The notes beneath the pieces were generated by a model. The model saw only the letters and a program-made list of their open reading frames with translations, ran no database searches and was not told the origin of the DNA. A stretch of DNA of 61,878 nt, counting the filler, from Sanchytrium tribonematis (lineage: Eukaryota): assembly GCA_018985235.1 (NCBI GenBank). It is 6 parts of 6 records of this genome, joined end to end, with 100 filler letters (N's around TTAATTAATTAA, not from the genome) between each part and the next. Parts side by side here need not be neighbours in the genome. Positions count along the whole stretch, not along the records: positions 18,881 to 25,060 come from JADGIG010000547.1; positions 25,161 to 55,603 come from JADGIG010000053.1; 4 more parts are not named here. One strand, 5' to 3'. Below, piece after piece: positions 22,057-33,300 of the stretch. Numbering within the stretch: the first letter of the stretch is position 1; each line of letters begins with the position of its first letter. A program made the translations under genes and the position numbers.

Positions 22057-25000
22057 ATGGATCCATCCGTTAAAAAATCTTTGACGAATGCCATAAATGA
22101 CAGTGGCAAATTAATTGAAATGATAAACAATGTTTGGCCTGATCATACTCATGATAAGTCTGTCAATCAACTCATTGAAATATTGATTAAATTCAAAAAT
22201 ACTTTAAAAATCATTCATTCGGAATCAACATTGAATCCTTATTCATCTGATCTAGATCGACTAAAAATTGAACTGGATGATATTCAGCAATATCTTATCG
22301 GTTATGAGAGTAAATCAAAAATAGGTCGATTTACCACTTTTAAAGAGTATAAATTGAACAGATGTATTAAAACATTATTAGAAATATGGAATGATATTAA
22401 AAATAAACAAGATATGGCACTAATTGATTCGCAAACAAGTTCTAGTACCTCCCAAGATAAAGCACCATTCTCAATTGGCTACATTGAAGATGTACAGTTG
22501 AATAAAGCAGAATTGATTGGAAGTGGTGCTTATGGTAGGGTTTATCTTGGAAAATGGCAAAATCAACAAATTGCCATCAAAGTGATTGAAGGTGTGCCAT
22601 TTATCAGTCCAAACAGCACCCAAGAAGTATCAGATGTTCTAGCACTGAGCAAATCAGTATTAAGGGAAGTAAAAGCACTTGAGAAATTAATGAAGAGTGT
22701 GCATATTTGCAATTATATCGGAGTTTCTTCAATTGATGGTGAATTGGGAATTGTGATGGAATATATTGATAATTATTCACTACACACGTGGTTGCATCTA
22801 TTTCCAAGACATAATGGCAAATCTCTTACAAAACCACAAATTAGAGAAATTCAATTGGGAATTGCCCGTGGTTTAGAGTACATGCACAATCAAAAGATTG
22901 CCCATAATGATCTCAAACCAGCCAATATCATGCTAGATTCTCAATTTAATCCCAAATTAATTGATTTTGAAATGGTAAGAATTTTAAGTACCACTAGCCA
23001 ATCAAGTGGTAATTCCATGTATGATCATCTGGGTACAGATCTTTGGAGGGCACCGGAGCATTGGCAATTCACTCAAAATACTCTCAGCAGTCGTAAATCA
23101 TATCCATTTGCAGGAGATGTATTTTCATTTGGCATTGTTTTAGGGGAAATGGCAACAGGCAAAATACCATGGGAGGGATTTACAAGCAAGATAATCGAGG
23201 TTTCAATTTTTAACCGCATGCGCCCATACTACAAACATCAGATAGAATCCAATTTATTTCAAATTATTGAAAATGCATGGCAACAGGAGCCAAAAGACAG
23301 ATTAGAGATAAATGAAGTATTGAAGCAACTGGAAGGATTGGAGACACACGAAATTGAAAAAATCAAGATTGTTGATCGATCAGCTACTCAATTATTCAAC
23401 AACCTGAAGAGACTGCTTGAGAATTCAGATTACTCAAGTTCTGATGAATTTGAGGAATGTTTGATTAAATTATGTCACTCCATGCCTATAGAAACTATTT
23501 TTGATTATTTGGGGACTTTGGAATTGTTCAAAATGAGTATATTGACTGCCCACATTTCAGATCCACTTTCAATTGCAATAATGAAATATTTTGGAATAGG
23601 TTTCAAACAAGACTATCAAGAAGCACTTGTTGCATTTGAAGAGTGCAATGACGCTGTAGCTAATATATTTATTGGAATATGCTATTTAAATGGCGATGGG
23701 GTTGATTTAAGCTTAGAAGGGGCAGAAAAGCATTTTTCAAAAGCAGTCAGCTTAGATCTAGCATGTGGGCATTATTATATGGGTTTATACTATGAAAAGA
23801 GAGAGAACCACTTCAAGGCATTACAAGAATATGAAATAGCAGTAGATTTTAAATATGTAGCAGCGTATTACAAATTGGGATATTTCTATGAAAATGGAAT
23901 TGGTATGGCAAGAGATTTTACTAAAGCAGCCCAATATTACCAACTGGGTGCGAAATATGGACATCCTTTGAGCTACTATGGACTGGCACATTGTTTCGAA
24001 AACGAAATTGGAGTTGAGAGAGATATTGAAACAGCCATCGAGTATTATAAAATAGCATCCAGATTGGGATGTAAAGATGCATATGAGAGGATGAGTCAAC
24101 TTGTAGAGTTTGATTTGAAGCCAAATGAAGAAAAAGTGGATATTATAGACGAATCTGTTAGTTGGGGTGATTTAGATAAATTAGAAGCATCGGACATTCA
24201 ATTAAATGAAGTATTGTCTGAAAACCAATCTTCAAAAGTCATTTCTGCCAAATATAAAGATGCAGATGTGGTGATCAAACTATTAAAGGGAGAAACAAAT
24301 TCTGATTTACTATCATTTAAGAATGAATATGATTTATTAAAGATTTTAAAGAGTCCATATATCATTCAATGCATTGGACATTCAAAAATTGATAGTCAGT
24401 TTGCAATTGTTACAGAATTGATGGATAATTTCACACTTTATTCATGGCTTCATCAATTTGAATATGAAGTTGAAATTAGTCGATTTCATGCTAATATTCC
24501 TAAAATACAACACCAGATTGCACAAGGCATTCAATTTATTCATTTTAATGGATTTACGCATAATGACTTGAAATCAAGTAATATCATGTTAAATCAACAT
24601 TTTGATGCAAAAATTATAGATTTAGGAAGTGCTACATTGATTAAAACATTTACATCAGGTACTAGAATCAGAGGAACACCCCAGTGGAAGGCACCTGAAT
24701 ATTGGACCAATTCGTGTTTGGATCCCATAAAAGCAGATATTTACTCGTTTGGAGTGATATTGGGTGAAATAGAATATAAAGAAGTACCTTGGAAGGATCA
24801 TCTGGTCCAGGATATTGAAAAAGCAGCCAGCAATGAAACCAAGCCATTTATGTCAAATAACTCAGAAATGGGTGATTTAATTGACAAATGCTTGGCGACA
24901 GATCCAAAAATGAGACCTACTATAAAAGAATTAATAGGTTTGATGAGAACTACTGCAAATTTGTCTCCAAAAGAAGCAGAAACTGAAATTTTTGAGCAAT

Positions 25001-25060
25001 TTAAATTTTCATCAATCAAGCCGTATGACCCATTAAATGGCATCAATACATCTCAATTTA
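22057..25060 (+). CDS. Tandem TKL-type kinase protein: N-terminal helical domain - kinase - Sel1 repeats - kinase (3' truncated)
   Basis: GSGAYGRV/IAIK/HNDLKPAN/DFE/WRAPE; Sel1 repeats (LGYFYENGIGMARDFTKAAQYYQLGA); second kinase VIK/HNDLKSSN/DLG/GTPQWKAPE. Confidence 0.88.
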
Positions 25061-25160
25061 NNNNNNNNNNNNNNNNNNNNNNNNNNNNNNNNNNNNNNNN
25101 NNNNTTAATTAATTAANNNNNNNNNNNNNNNNNNNNNNNNNNNNNNNNNNNNNNNNNNNN
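25061..25160. other. Artificial contig linker
   Basis: N run with a central TTAATTAATTAA. Confidence 0.97.
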
Positions 25161-25211
25161 TGATCAACATGGCATTTATAGAATATACTGATTAAGGGGA
25201 GAAATTAGGAG

Positions 25212-26192
25212 ATGAAAGCACAAGTATCTTCAGAAGATGTCATCCAGTGGTTGGAAGCCAATAATAGTCTCGATGACACACAACCTCAAATAATAAGTAA
25301 TATAAATTTGCTAGTGTGTATGTTATTGAAGCATCGCTTCCACCATACTTCCGTTGGAAATTACATTTATTTATTACTTTCCACGAGCAACCTCGACAGC
25401 TCGGTTGATAAGTCTATCGGAATGCTTCTCAAGTCATTGTCAACAAATGGTGGCCATTATACAGTAAGCAACTGTATTGAGCAGTTGGAACATTTCTATT
25501 TGAAGAGATTTTTCTCTGATATTGACAATGAATTGTGTGAATCGCTCTTAAATTCGTTAAGCTATTTCTTGAAAAATCATTTTCATCTCTTTTCACTTAA
25601 ATTTATCCAATGTATTGGAATACTTATATGCGATACTCTTTACAGTGGTCTCAAGTCATACTACAAATTGAACAATTGTATTTTGAAGGTGAAGAGTAAT
25701 GAATGTCTTTACTACACAATCAAGATAGCGCTAGTGCTGTGCGACAACGGACACATATTTTTCGAATCTGTCGAGCCTTTAGAATCTCTTAAAGCAGACT
25801 TAAATGAGCATAATTTGGCAAAATGTGAAAGATCTGTTGCTTTGGTAGATTGCGTTAATCAAGAAATTCATGTTACAGAAATTGATGATACTCTGGAAGG
25901 CAGACTCATAGAGATGGTGAATGATCTAATTTGTCACATAGGAAACCCATCATTTGTAAAAAACAGAGTTCTAGTTTATGAAATAGTTGAGTACATAAAT
26001 GAAAGCGTCGAAAAATCACAAAATGAAGGTGTTAAGAGGAAAGTAGGCCAGAACGAGATTGATTTTGCTTCAAGTGTCGAAAGTAAGAAAATCAAATTGG
26101 ATTTGAATCAACACGAAAACGCCGCAGCTAATGAAGAAGCAGATATTTTACTTGCTAAATACGATAAAGGTGAATTTGAAATCGAAATTTAA
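25212..26192 (+). CDS. Hypothetical helical protein with a C-terminal bipartite NLS-like stretch
   Basis: 326-aa ORF; KRK...KKIK near the end. Confidence 0.6.
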   Translation: MKAQVSSEDVIQWLEANNSLDDTQPQIISNINLLVCMLLKHRFHHTSVGNYIYLLLSTSNLDSSVDKSIGMLLKSLSTNGGHYTVSNCIEQLEHFYLKRFFSDIDNELCESLLNSLSYFLKNHFHLFSLKFIQCIGILICDTLYSGLKSYYKLNNCILKVKSNECLYYTIKIALVLCDNGHIFFESVEPLESLKADLNEHNLAKCERSVALVDCVNQEIHVTEIDDTLEGRLIEMVNDLICHIGNPSFVKNRVLVYEIVEYINESVEKSQNEGVKRKVGQNEIDFASSVESKKIKLDLNQHENAAANEEADILLAKYDKGEFEIEI

Positions 26193-26201
26193 CTAATAAA
26201 T

Positions 26202-27816
26202 TTAAAGTCTCAGATCTTTAATAATAGTGGGTTTATCCACGAATCTGACATGTTGGGTGTTACTGATTACATCGTGATAAAGAACAGCCTCGCTTTCATG
26301 AGGATGAAAAAGTCTTTGATCCCGACAGTTACCAATATACTCAATCCCTGGCGGATCAGTTAGCCTGAATATTCCATAATTTGGTGAATGTAAAGGAGCA
26401 CAGACAATGGCAATCGATTCAGGTAGTGTCAATTGAAATGGAAAATGTGTGTGTAAGTCTAAAGAACTCATAAAGCACTAAATAAGACAAAACTACTGTT
26501 TGGGTCGGATGTGTATGAATCCATCCAAGAGTGATTAAATTATTATCTATTTGAAAGCCTGCAACTAATTCCTCGTTTTCCATAACGCATGAGTTCGGGG
26601 TGCCAGATTGGTTCGGAATTATTAGGTGGGTGACCAAATAAGCAGCTTGCTGCCTTATTGAAGATCTTTTGATTTTTCTCAGCTTACCAGCAAGTAACCC
26701 GCATGTTTCTATACCCTTCCCAGTATTTAAATTGGCAATTCTCATAAAATCGCCTATTATCATCCTTGGCAAGTATACAGTATTTAGTCCATGATGAGGT
26801 CCATTTTCGTAATTCGGTTGCGCTTGGTTTACGTCAGGTACAGGCGGCAATTCTTTGCTGACCGACGGTGCCGAAACAGATTTCAGAATTTTAGTATTCT
26901 CTGGTATCAAAACTGGTTGGTCTGATCTAGGCTCATAAACTTCAGGTAATTGAACTGGGGGCCTATTGGATATTGAAGAAGTAACATCTATATTTGGGCT
27001 TACCACTTCTTTGGCTCTCTGATCTGTACTTTTAGGTGTTTCCATTATATAGCGTTCTTTTGCAACCTCGCTCTGATTAAATAAATAGTTTTGTAACATT
27101 TTGAATTTATATTCCTGATTTTCAGACCCTTGATCTGCGAAAAGCTCAACCGAATTCGACTGATAAACAGGCTCCGCAATCTGATTCACTTTTGATGGCT
27201 CGATAGAAAAAGTTTGAATTTTTTGCGGAATACTTCCTCGAGCTTGTTGACGGCTTGTTGGTATTGGCGAGGGTATTGTCTGGCGGTTGTTTAGCAAAAC
27301 TGGATTTTTGTTTGATATCTGTGCTGTGTTAAATTGCTTCTCTATTTCCTCCAGGGTTGGGTAATATTGAGTTGTAATTTGTTCTTGTTGTTTCTGATTA
27401 AAAACTGGATTTTTTTGAATATTGGACGGTTTTGGTGGTACATCGGGGAGAGGTTTCTTCGGAGGCGTATTTGGGATAGCAGGAAGAGCCTTTTGTGGTG
27501 GCTTTTTCTCGGCAACATTCTCATTGTCACTATCGCTCTCCGTATTATATATATTAGTTTTTAATTCCTTGGGAATAATCATAGAAAGTGTGCGGCTGAC
27601 TGTTTTTTGCATCGTGACTTCGTTACTATTCGAATTTTCAACAGGAGAGTCGAATTTTTTGAGAAATTTAGTAAATTTTTTACGTTGCAAATTTTTCATA
27701 AGAACATCTGCCTCTATTCTGGTTATTTCATCTGGGTCTTTGAGTAGCTTTATCAAAATTACTTCAGCGGCTTCCCATTTTGAAGGATCTTCAAGCATTT
27801 TATTTATGCCTTCCAT
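26202..27816 (-). CDS. AMSH/STAMBP-like JAMM deubiquitinase (Sst2-like), 2 exons
   Basis: NTGKGIETCGLLAG, LGWIHTHPTQT|CFMSSLDLHTH (JAMM motif completed by splicing), QLTLPESIAIVCAP, FHPH. Confidence 0.9.
26478..26496 (-). other. 19-nt spliceosomal intron
   Basis: GTAGTTTTGTCTTATTTAG; interrupts the HxHx7SxxD JAMM motif. Confidence 0.94.
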
Positions 27817-27964
27817 AAAAGGGTTTCTTGTTTCAAGTTAATTTTTTTGAAAGTAGCTGTTGCCAATTTTTGGCGTACTGTATTTGCTATCTAGGTTAGT
27901 ATTGCTAAAAACAATCAATACATCTGTATATGTACCTTAGTACTCCTTCAAACTTTTTGGGAAA

Positions 27965-30028
27965 ATGTTGTCTACTTTTCGTTTTAATTTGGATAATGTT
28001 CAAAGCGATGCTTTTGTCCGACACTTTATTGAGTGCGAAAAAGGAACTATTGATAAGAGTGGATGGATAATTATTGATAAGGATAATCAAACCATTGATC
28101 CGAAAACTCGAGACCAATACTTAAATATTCAATTTTTAGCAGATGTTGCTTTTCTTAAAAGGACTTTTGATTTGCAAAGATACTTAGTTTTTGATTCACT
28201 GGATAAAGTTGAACCGCTAAAGTCTCTCATTTTGAATGTACCTAATGAATTTAACTACATAGACATTTCTGGTAAATTTATTTTTTTAAGCACAACGATC
28301 GGAAGTAAAATGGCAAGTCTTGAAAAAATCACTAGTATACTAAAGGAAGGAGGGGCTATCGTTTATACAAAATTAGATAGCCCAGATGATTTTTCGAAAA
28401 TGGACTATTGTATATTCAACTCTATAAAAGGCGAAGACCTTATAAGAGCCTATGACTCAAAATGTACAATTGGAAACGTTTATTGGCTAATGTCCATTCT
28501 AAAATTTGGGTTTTCTGATCCTCGAAAGCACCAATTTTGGATGCCGTATCCCCACAAGGATGCAGGATGTCACAAGTTGCTCATTACAGTAACTAATGTA
28601 GAAGGTGTAGCCAGGGAATACATCCAACACATGTGTCAACTTATAAATGCTGAATTTACCGGCGTTCTTACCAAGCATTGTACTCATTTAATTTGCGGAA
28701 GGATGGACGGCCACAAATTTCAGAAAGCCTTAGAATGGGGTGGAATCAAATTAACCAATGTTCTTTGGATTGAGGATTGTTTTACAAATTGGGAATATAT
28801 AGACCCTGGCTTACATCAATACCAACATATGTCAAAAGTTCTTAGGGCCGAAGAACAACTCGGTAATACCCCCGCAAAATTCGAACTCTTTGAAACTTTT
28901 GTTGAACTAGAGCGCAATAGATTAGAACCGCAATGTGTCGAATTGGAAGTTAGAAAAACAACTGAACGGTATTCCTTTGGAGAATCTTTAGAAACAGACA
29001 GGTTTTCAAAAAAGTCTAGCATTGAGAATATCAACCCTCAACATGCTAATTTGTCTTTAAATTCGATAGAAAGTATTGAAAGTGCAATATCAAAAGACGT
29101 TTTAATTATGCCCGAAGAAAGAAATTCAGATCAAACAAACATTAAATTATTTGAATTAGAAAAATCAAGAATTAGAATTAAGGACACTGTCAACGTTAAC
29201 GCGAATTTTCAAGATAAACTTAATACGCCCAAAGGAACCCAGAATTTCTTGGAGCAGCCCATTAGCCAGACCCCGTTCTCTTCTTTTGCACAGTCTAAAA
29301 TATTAAGTAATGAAGTCGAAAACAAAAGAGAACCATCAGCAACTTTGACCACGCCAACACACCAGTCTACTTCAAATACTCACTCCAGGAGCCCTAGTCC
29401 ACTGACAGATCCAAGAAAGAGAAATAGCTCCACAAACTCTAGTACGAGTAAAAAGAAGAAAGGCCCTAAATTTAAACTTTTATTCACAAAAGGTGAGCCA
29501 ACCAGTGCTCAAAAAAAAATAATTAAAAGTTTTGGTTTTGAAATGGCAAAAGATTTGAAATCATGCACTCATCTAATTTCAGACACAGTAAAAACTACAG
29601 AAAAATTTCTTTGTGCTGTTGGAATGGGAAAAGAAATTGTGGTGCCAAATTGGATAAATACTACTGGGAAAGTCGGCACAATAGCGAGCGAAACTATTTT
29701 TCGACCGAAATCTGATCAATTTGAAGATTTGACACTTAGTAGCTCGATTGAAAAATCTCGAGAAATTCATCTTTTTGAGGGCAAAAAGTTTTTGATTTCA
29801 AAAGAAAAAGGACTTCCTCCTGTCGAAGCATTGACAAAAATGATATCCGCTGGAAAAGGCAAAGTAGTTAAAGTTTTAAAATCGTCAGATCTGGCCGCAA
29901 CGTATTATGTTTGCCCAAATAATGAGGATTTCTCTACGGTAAAAAATAACTATCCTGAAATCTCTATTATGACAAAAGACGAGCTGTTTAAAGCCATTCT
30001 TTTTCAGGAACTCCCAAATCAAGAATAA
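27965..30028 (+). CDS. Multi-BRCT DNA-damage scaffold (Rtt107/Brc1/PTIP-like)
   Basis: ITVTNVEGVAREYI...CTHLIC...KALEWG...VLWIEDCF; C-terminal tandem BRCT CTHLISDTVKTTEKFLCA. Confidence 0.8.
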   Translation: MLSTFRFNLDNVQSDAFVRHFIECEKGTIDKSGWIIIDKDNQTIDPKTRDQYLNIQFLADVAFLKRTFDLQRYLVFDSLDKVEPLKSLILNVPNEFNYIDISGKFIFLSTTIGSKMASLEKITSILKEGGAIVYTKLDSPDDFSKMDYCIFNSIKGEDLIRAYDSKCTIGNVYWLMSILKFGFSDPRKHQFWMPYPHKDAGCHKLLITVTNVEGVAREYIQHMCQLINAEFTGVLTKHCTHLICGRMDGHKFQKALEWGGIKLTNVLWIEDCFTNWEYIDPGLHQYQHMSKVLRAEEQLGNTPAKFELFETFVELERNRLEPQCVELEVRKTTERYSFGESLETDRFSKKSSIENINPQHANLSLNSIESIESAISKDVLIMPEERNSDQTNIKLFELEKSRIRIKDTVNVNANFQDKLNTPKGTQNFLEQPISQTPFSSFAQSKILSNEVENKREPSATLTTPTHQSTSNTHSRSPSPLTDPRKRNSSTNSSTSKKKKGPKFKLLFTKGEPTSAQKKIIKSFGFEMAKDLKSCTHLISDTVKTTEKFLCAVGMGKEIVVPNWINTTGKVGTIASETIFRPKSDQFEDLTLSSSIEKSREIHLFEGKKFLISKEKGLPPVEALTKMISAGKGKVVKVLKSSDLAATYYVCPNNEDFSTVKNNYPEISIMTKDELFKAILFQELPNQE

Positions 30029-30043
30029 ACTCCGTGTTTGAAA

Positions 30044-30214
30044 ATGTCTACACTGTCTTTTCTTGGAATGAAGGTCTACAGAAATAATTCGATACAGCCC
30101 TTTAAACCATTTTTATATGCAGGAGCATTCATGTTGTTTGCCACCTATAAAGTTAGAAAAGCTGGTATGGCGAGTGAAGCGAATGCCAAAAGCGAAGAAA
30201 ATTCTACTCACTAA
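30044..30214 (+). CDS. Probable mitochondrial ATP synthase subunit i/j (Atp18-like), 56 aa, below the ORF-track cut-off
   Basis: MSTLSFLGMKVYRNNSIQPFKPFLYAGAFMLFATYKVRKAGMASE...; P..PF..AG plus one TM as in Atp18; TAAATAAA at the stop. Confidence 0.55.
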   Translation: MSTLSFLGMKVYRNNSIQPFKPFLYAGAFMLFATYKVRKAGMASEANAKSEENSTH

Positions 30215-30344
30215 ATAAATGGATCTTAACTAATGCGACATCGCGAAACAAACTGCGAATCTATCAATCAGGGTATAATTCTTACTCAAGTGGAATATTA
30301 TATTGTCCCATGAAACTCCTTGAAATCATACCTTGATTTTTGCC

Positions 30345-33300
30345 ATGTACTTTCAAGAAGGCGAATTTGTAACGGTCAAAGGAACTACATGTAATATTTT
30401 GTCTCTAGAAAGCGGGACTTTGCAGGATGATGCAAATGCATTTGTTTATAAAATTAAAATGCAGAATGAAGATTTTGCATTGAAAAGCTGGGTACAAACC
30501 GAAAAAGCAATATACAACGAGATACACTCACTTGAGAGAACGGGAGGACACCCAAATATTGTTGAGCATGTAAAAAGCGAGTGTAAACAAAATGAGAAAT
30601 CATTAAATGGCCTAATTGTTATGGAATTTCTGGCTGGTGGTACATTGAAAGACTTGATAGCGAGTCGAAGCAATCTTATCGAAAATGCAAATTCTACTAT
30701 GAATCCCGGTGCTTATTTGAAGGATGAGCAGTCAATGCAAATTTTTACAGCCATCACATCAGCAGTGGCTCATTTACAGGCACTAGAACCACCACTTTAT
30801 CATTGGGACATCCAGCCTTCAAATATTATGATGGTTGTGAGCTCCGGCCAAATACCTCAAAACGATTTTACCTGTGTTAAACTTATTGATTTTGGAAATA
30901 GCTTTTCAACACCTATTAACCCCACATCCTTGTCTAGCAAAGAAATTGATGAAAAAATTGAAGTTTTTAAAAATACCACCAACTTATCTTACAGGGCACC
31001 TGAAATGGTAGCAATGAATGCTGTTATTGATGGTCAGGCAGATGTATGGGCTCTCGGATGCCTTCTTTATAGCCTGCTCTACCTTGAAGATTACTACAAA
31101 ACTATCTCCGATATAACATCAGGAAAATTTATTATCAAAACAACGCCCAAATATCCTCCTTACTTTGAAATTCTTTTGAGTAAAATCATCTTAAAGGAAC
31201 CCGATCGCAGGATGAAAGCTTTTCAAGTTCTGTCACAATGCAGAGAGTTTTTCATCGGAGCCTTACCAAGTTGGATTACTCGTAAGTACAAGCCTCAAGC
31301 TTATAATTCTCCAAATTCAATTACTTTATCTACTTCTGTTAGCAAATCATCTATACCAGCTAGTACCAATGAAGCACCAGGAATTGAATATTTCGATGAG
31401 CATATTCTTGATATTGCTGGTTTTTCAGATTTGAATAATCCGATGAGACAAATTAATTTTCAATTTCCGGATGAAATTTGCGTCTCGGTTGACAAAGTTG
31501 TTTTTACCATACCTTTGTCTATAGAAGATCAGTCTGCAAGCAAACACAATGTATCTGCAAGTATTGCTATATATCATCCTGCGGAGCACTTGCTTGTAAC
31601 TTGTTTTAATAATTCTTTGGATGTTTTTGATGTAGCTAAAAAGCAAAGGATTCAATCACAGGCCTTACCAACCAGTGAGGTCATATTTATGTCATGGCTT
31701 CATGACACTACCATATCCCTCATTACGAAAGAAGCAGTATACCATATGGAAATAGCTGGCGAGAATGAAATTATAGAGGAAATGTGTGGAATTTTTGATA
31801 GTGTCACAGAAAATAATATCGCTTATTACGACATTGACAGCAACGAAAATCCACAATGGCTGTTGATTGTCGCACCCAATACTAAAGAACCACCAAAAGG
31901 ACAAATTCAACTTCATAGCATGGAAAAAAGTGGAAGCCAGATAATTCCAGGAGAGACCGCGCGTCTTTATAAGCCAAATGGAAAATTAGACTTTCTAAAG
32001 TTGTTGCTTGTAAATAGAGGGCAGAATCACACTTATGTACCTTAATCTAATGTAGTTACATGTAGTTCCTGTAATTCAAGGAGCTGATCAGCCTTCAAGT
32101 ATTCAATTACCTGTTGGTAAAAATGATTCTGTTTGTTCTTTAGAAGTAGATCATGCTTTGAACAAAGCCTATTTATGCACGTATTTTGGCCAAATTATTG
32201 TTTACGATATTCCAAACAAAAAGCTTATATTTGAGGGTAAACTCTTGTCTAGTGGGTTCATTAAATCTCACCTAGATGTGGAAAGGGATCATTTGTTTGG
32301 TGTTGACAAAAAAGGGAAGCTATATAGGATATCTAATCGGAAAGCATCAGTTCGGACATCGGGTAAGGCGAAACAACCGAGTCCTGTAATCGCATCAAAA
32401 CCTAGTTCAAAATCTTTACCAAAGCAGAATTCGATACCGGCTGCAAATAAGGCGCAAGTAGCTTTAGACTTCAATGTGTACTTGGAACGGGTAAGTAACA
32501 ATGAAAAAATAAGCGAATCAGAGTCTGTCAAGTTTGCGCGATACGGTAATATTCTAGGATTATCTCAATTGGTTATTAGTTATATAGAAGAAGGTCGTTT
32601 GGAATTGAGCGAGGCCCTCGGTGATGAGCTCAATGAAGGGACAACCAAGTCTCAAGAGGTTGCATTGCTTTGTTATAAGGGAAGTAACTGTCACAGAAAA
32701 GTTCTTAGAATAATGGCCGAAAAGAAAGATTTTAGAAGATTAGTTAATTATTTGAGAACTGTGGAATATGCTCCTGAAGATCATTACATTATGGAAGAAA
32801 TTGCTTTTGCTGATACCGACATTGCGGAAGAATACGCTAGTAGGTATTATCAAACCAGTCAAAGAGAAGTTTTGCTTGAAAAAATCCTAGAAATTATGAT
32901 CCAAAAAAATTGCGATTTGGACGCGATTGCGTTTCTACAAACAACATTGACTTCAGACGATGCTGAGTACTCAGGACTACAAACCCAATTGTTCAAATTG
33001 ATGTTTGCAAAAGATGTAAAGGAAGCCGATGAATTATTGCATTCAAACAAATATACACAGTATGATAAATGGACTGTTAGCAACTTGTGTATTGAAAATG
33101 GGCTCTACTCAAGAGCTATCAGCCTTTACGCTTCCAGAGAATTGCTTTTTAAGAGTGACAACAGACTCTCTGCCAATCCGGTTTACACAGAGTTAAGCAA
33201 ATTTCTTCTAAAAGAAGCTAATCCAAAATATTGGGGAAATGCCATTGATACCCTTTTAGACAAAGAAGATGACCAAGAAAGACTAGGTAGTTATGAGTTG

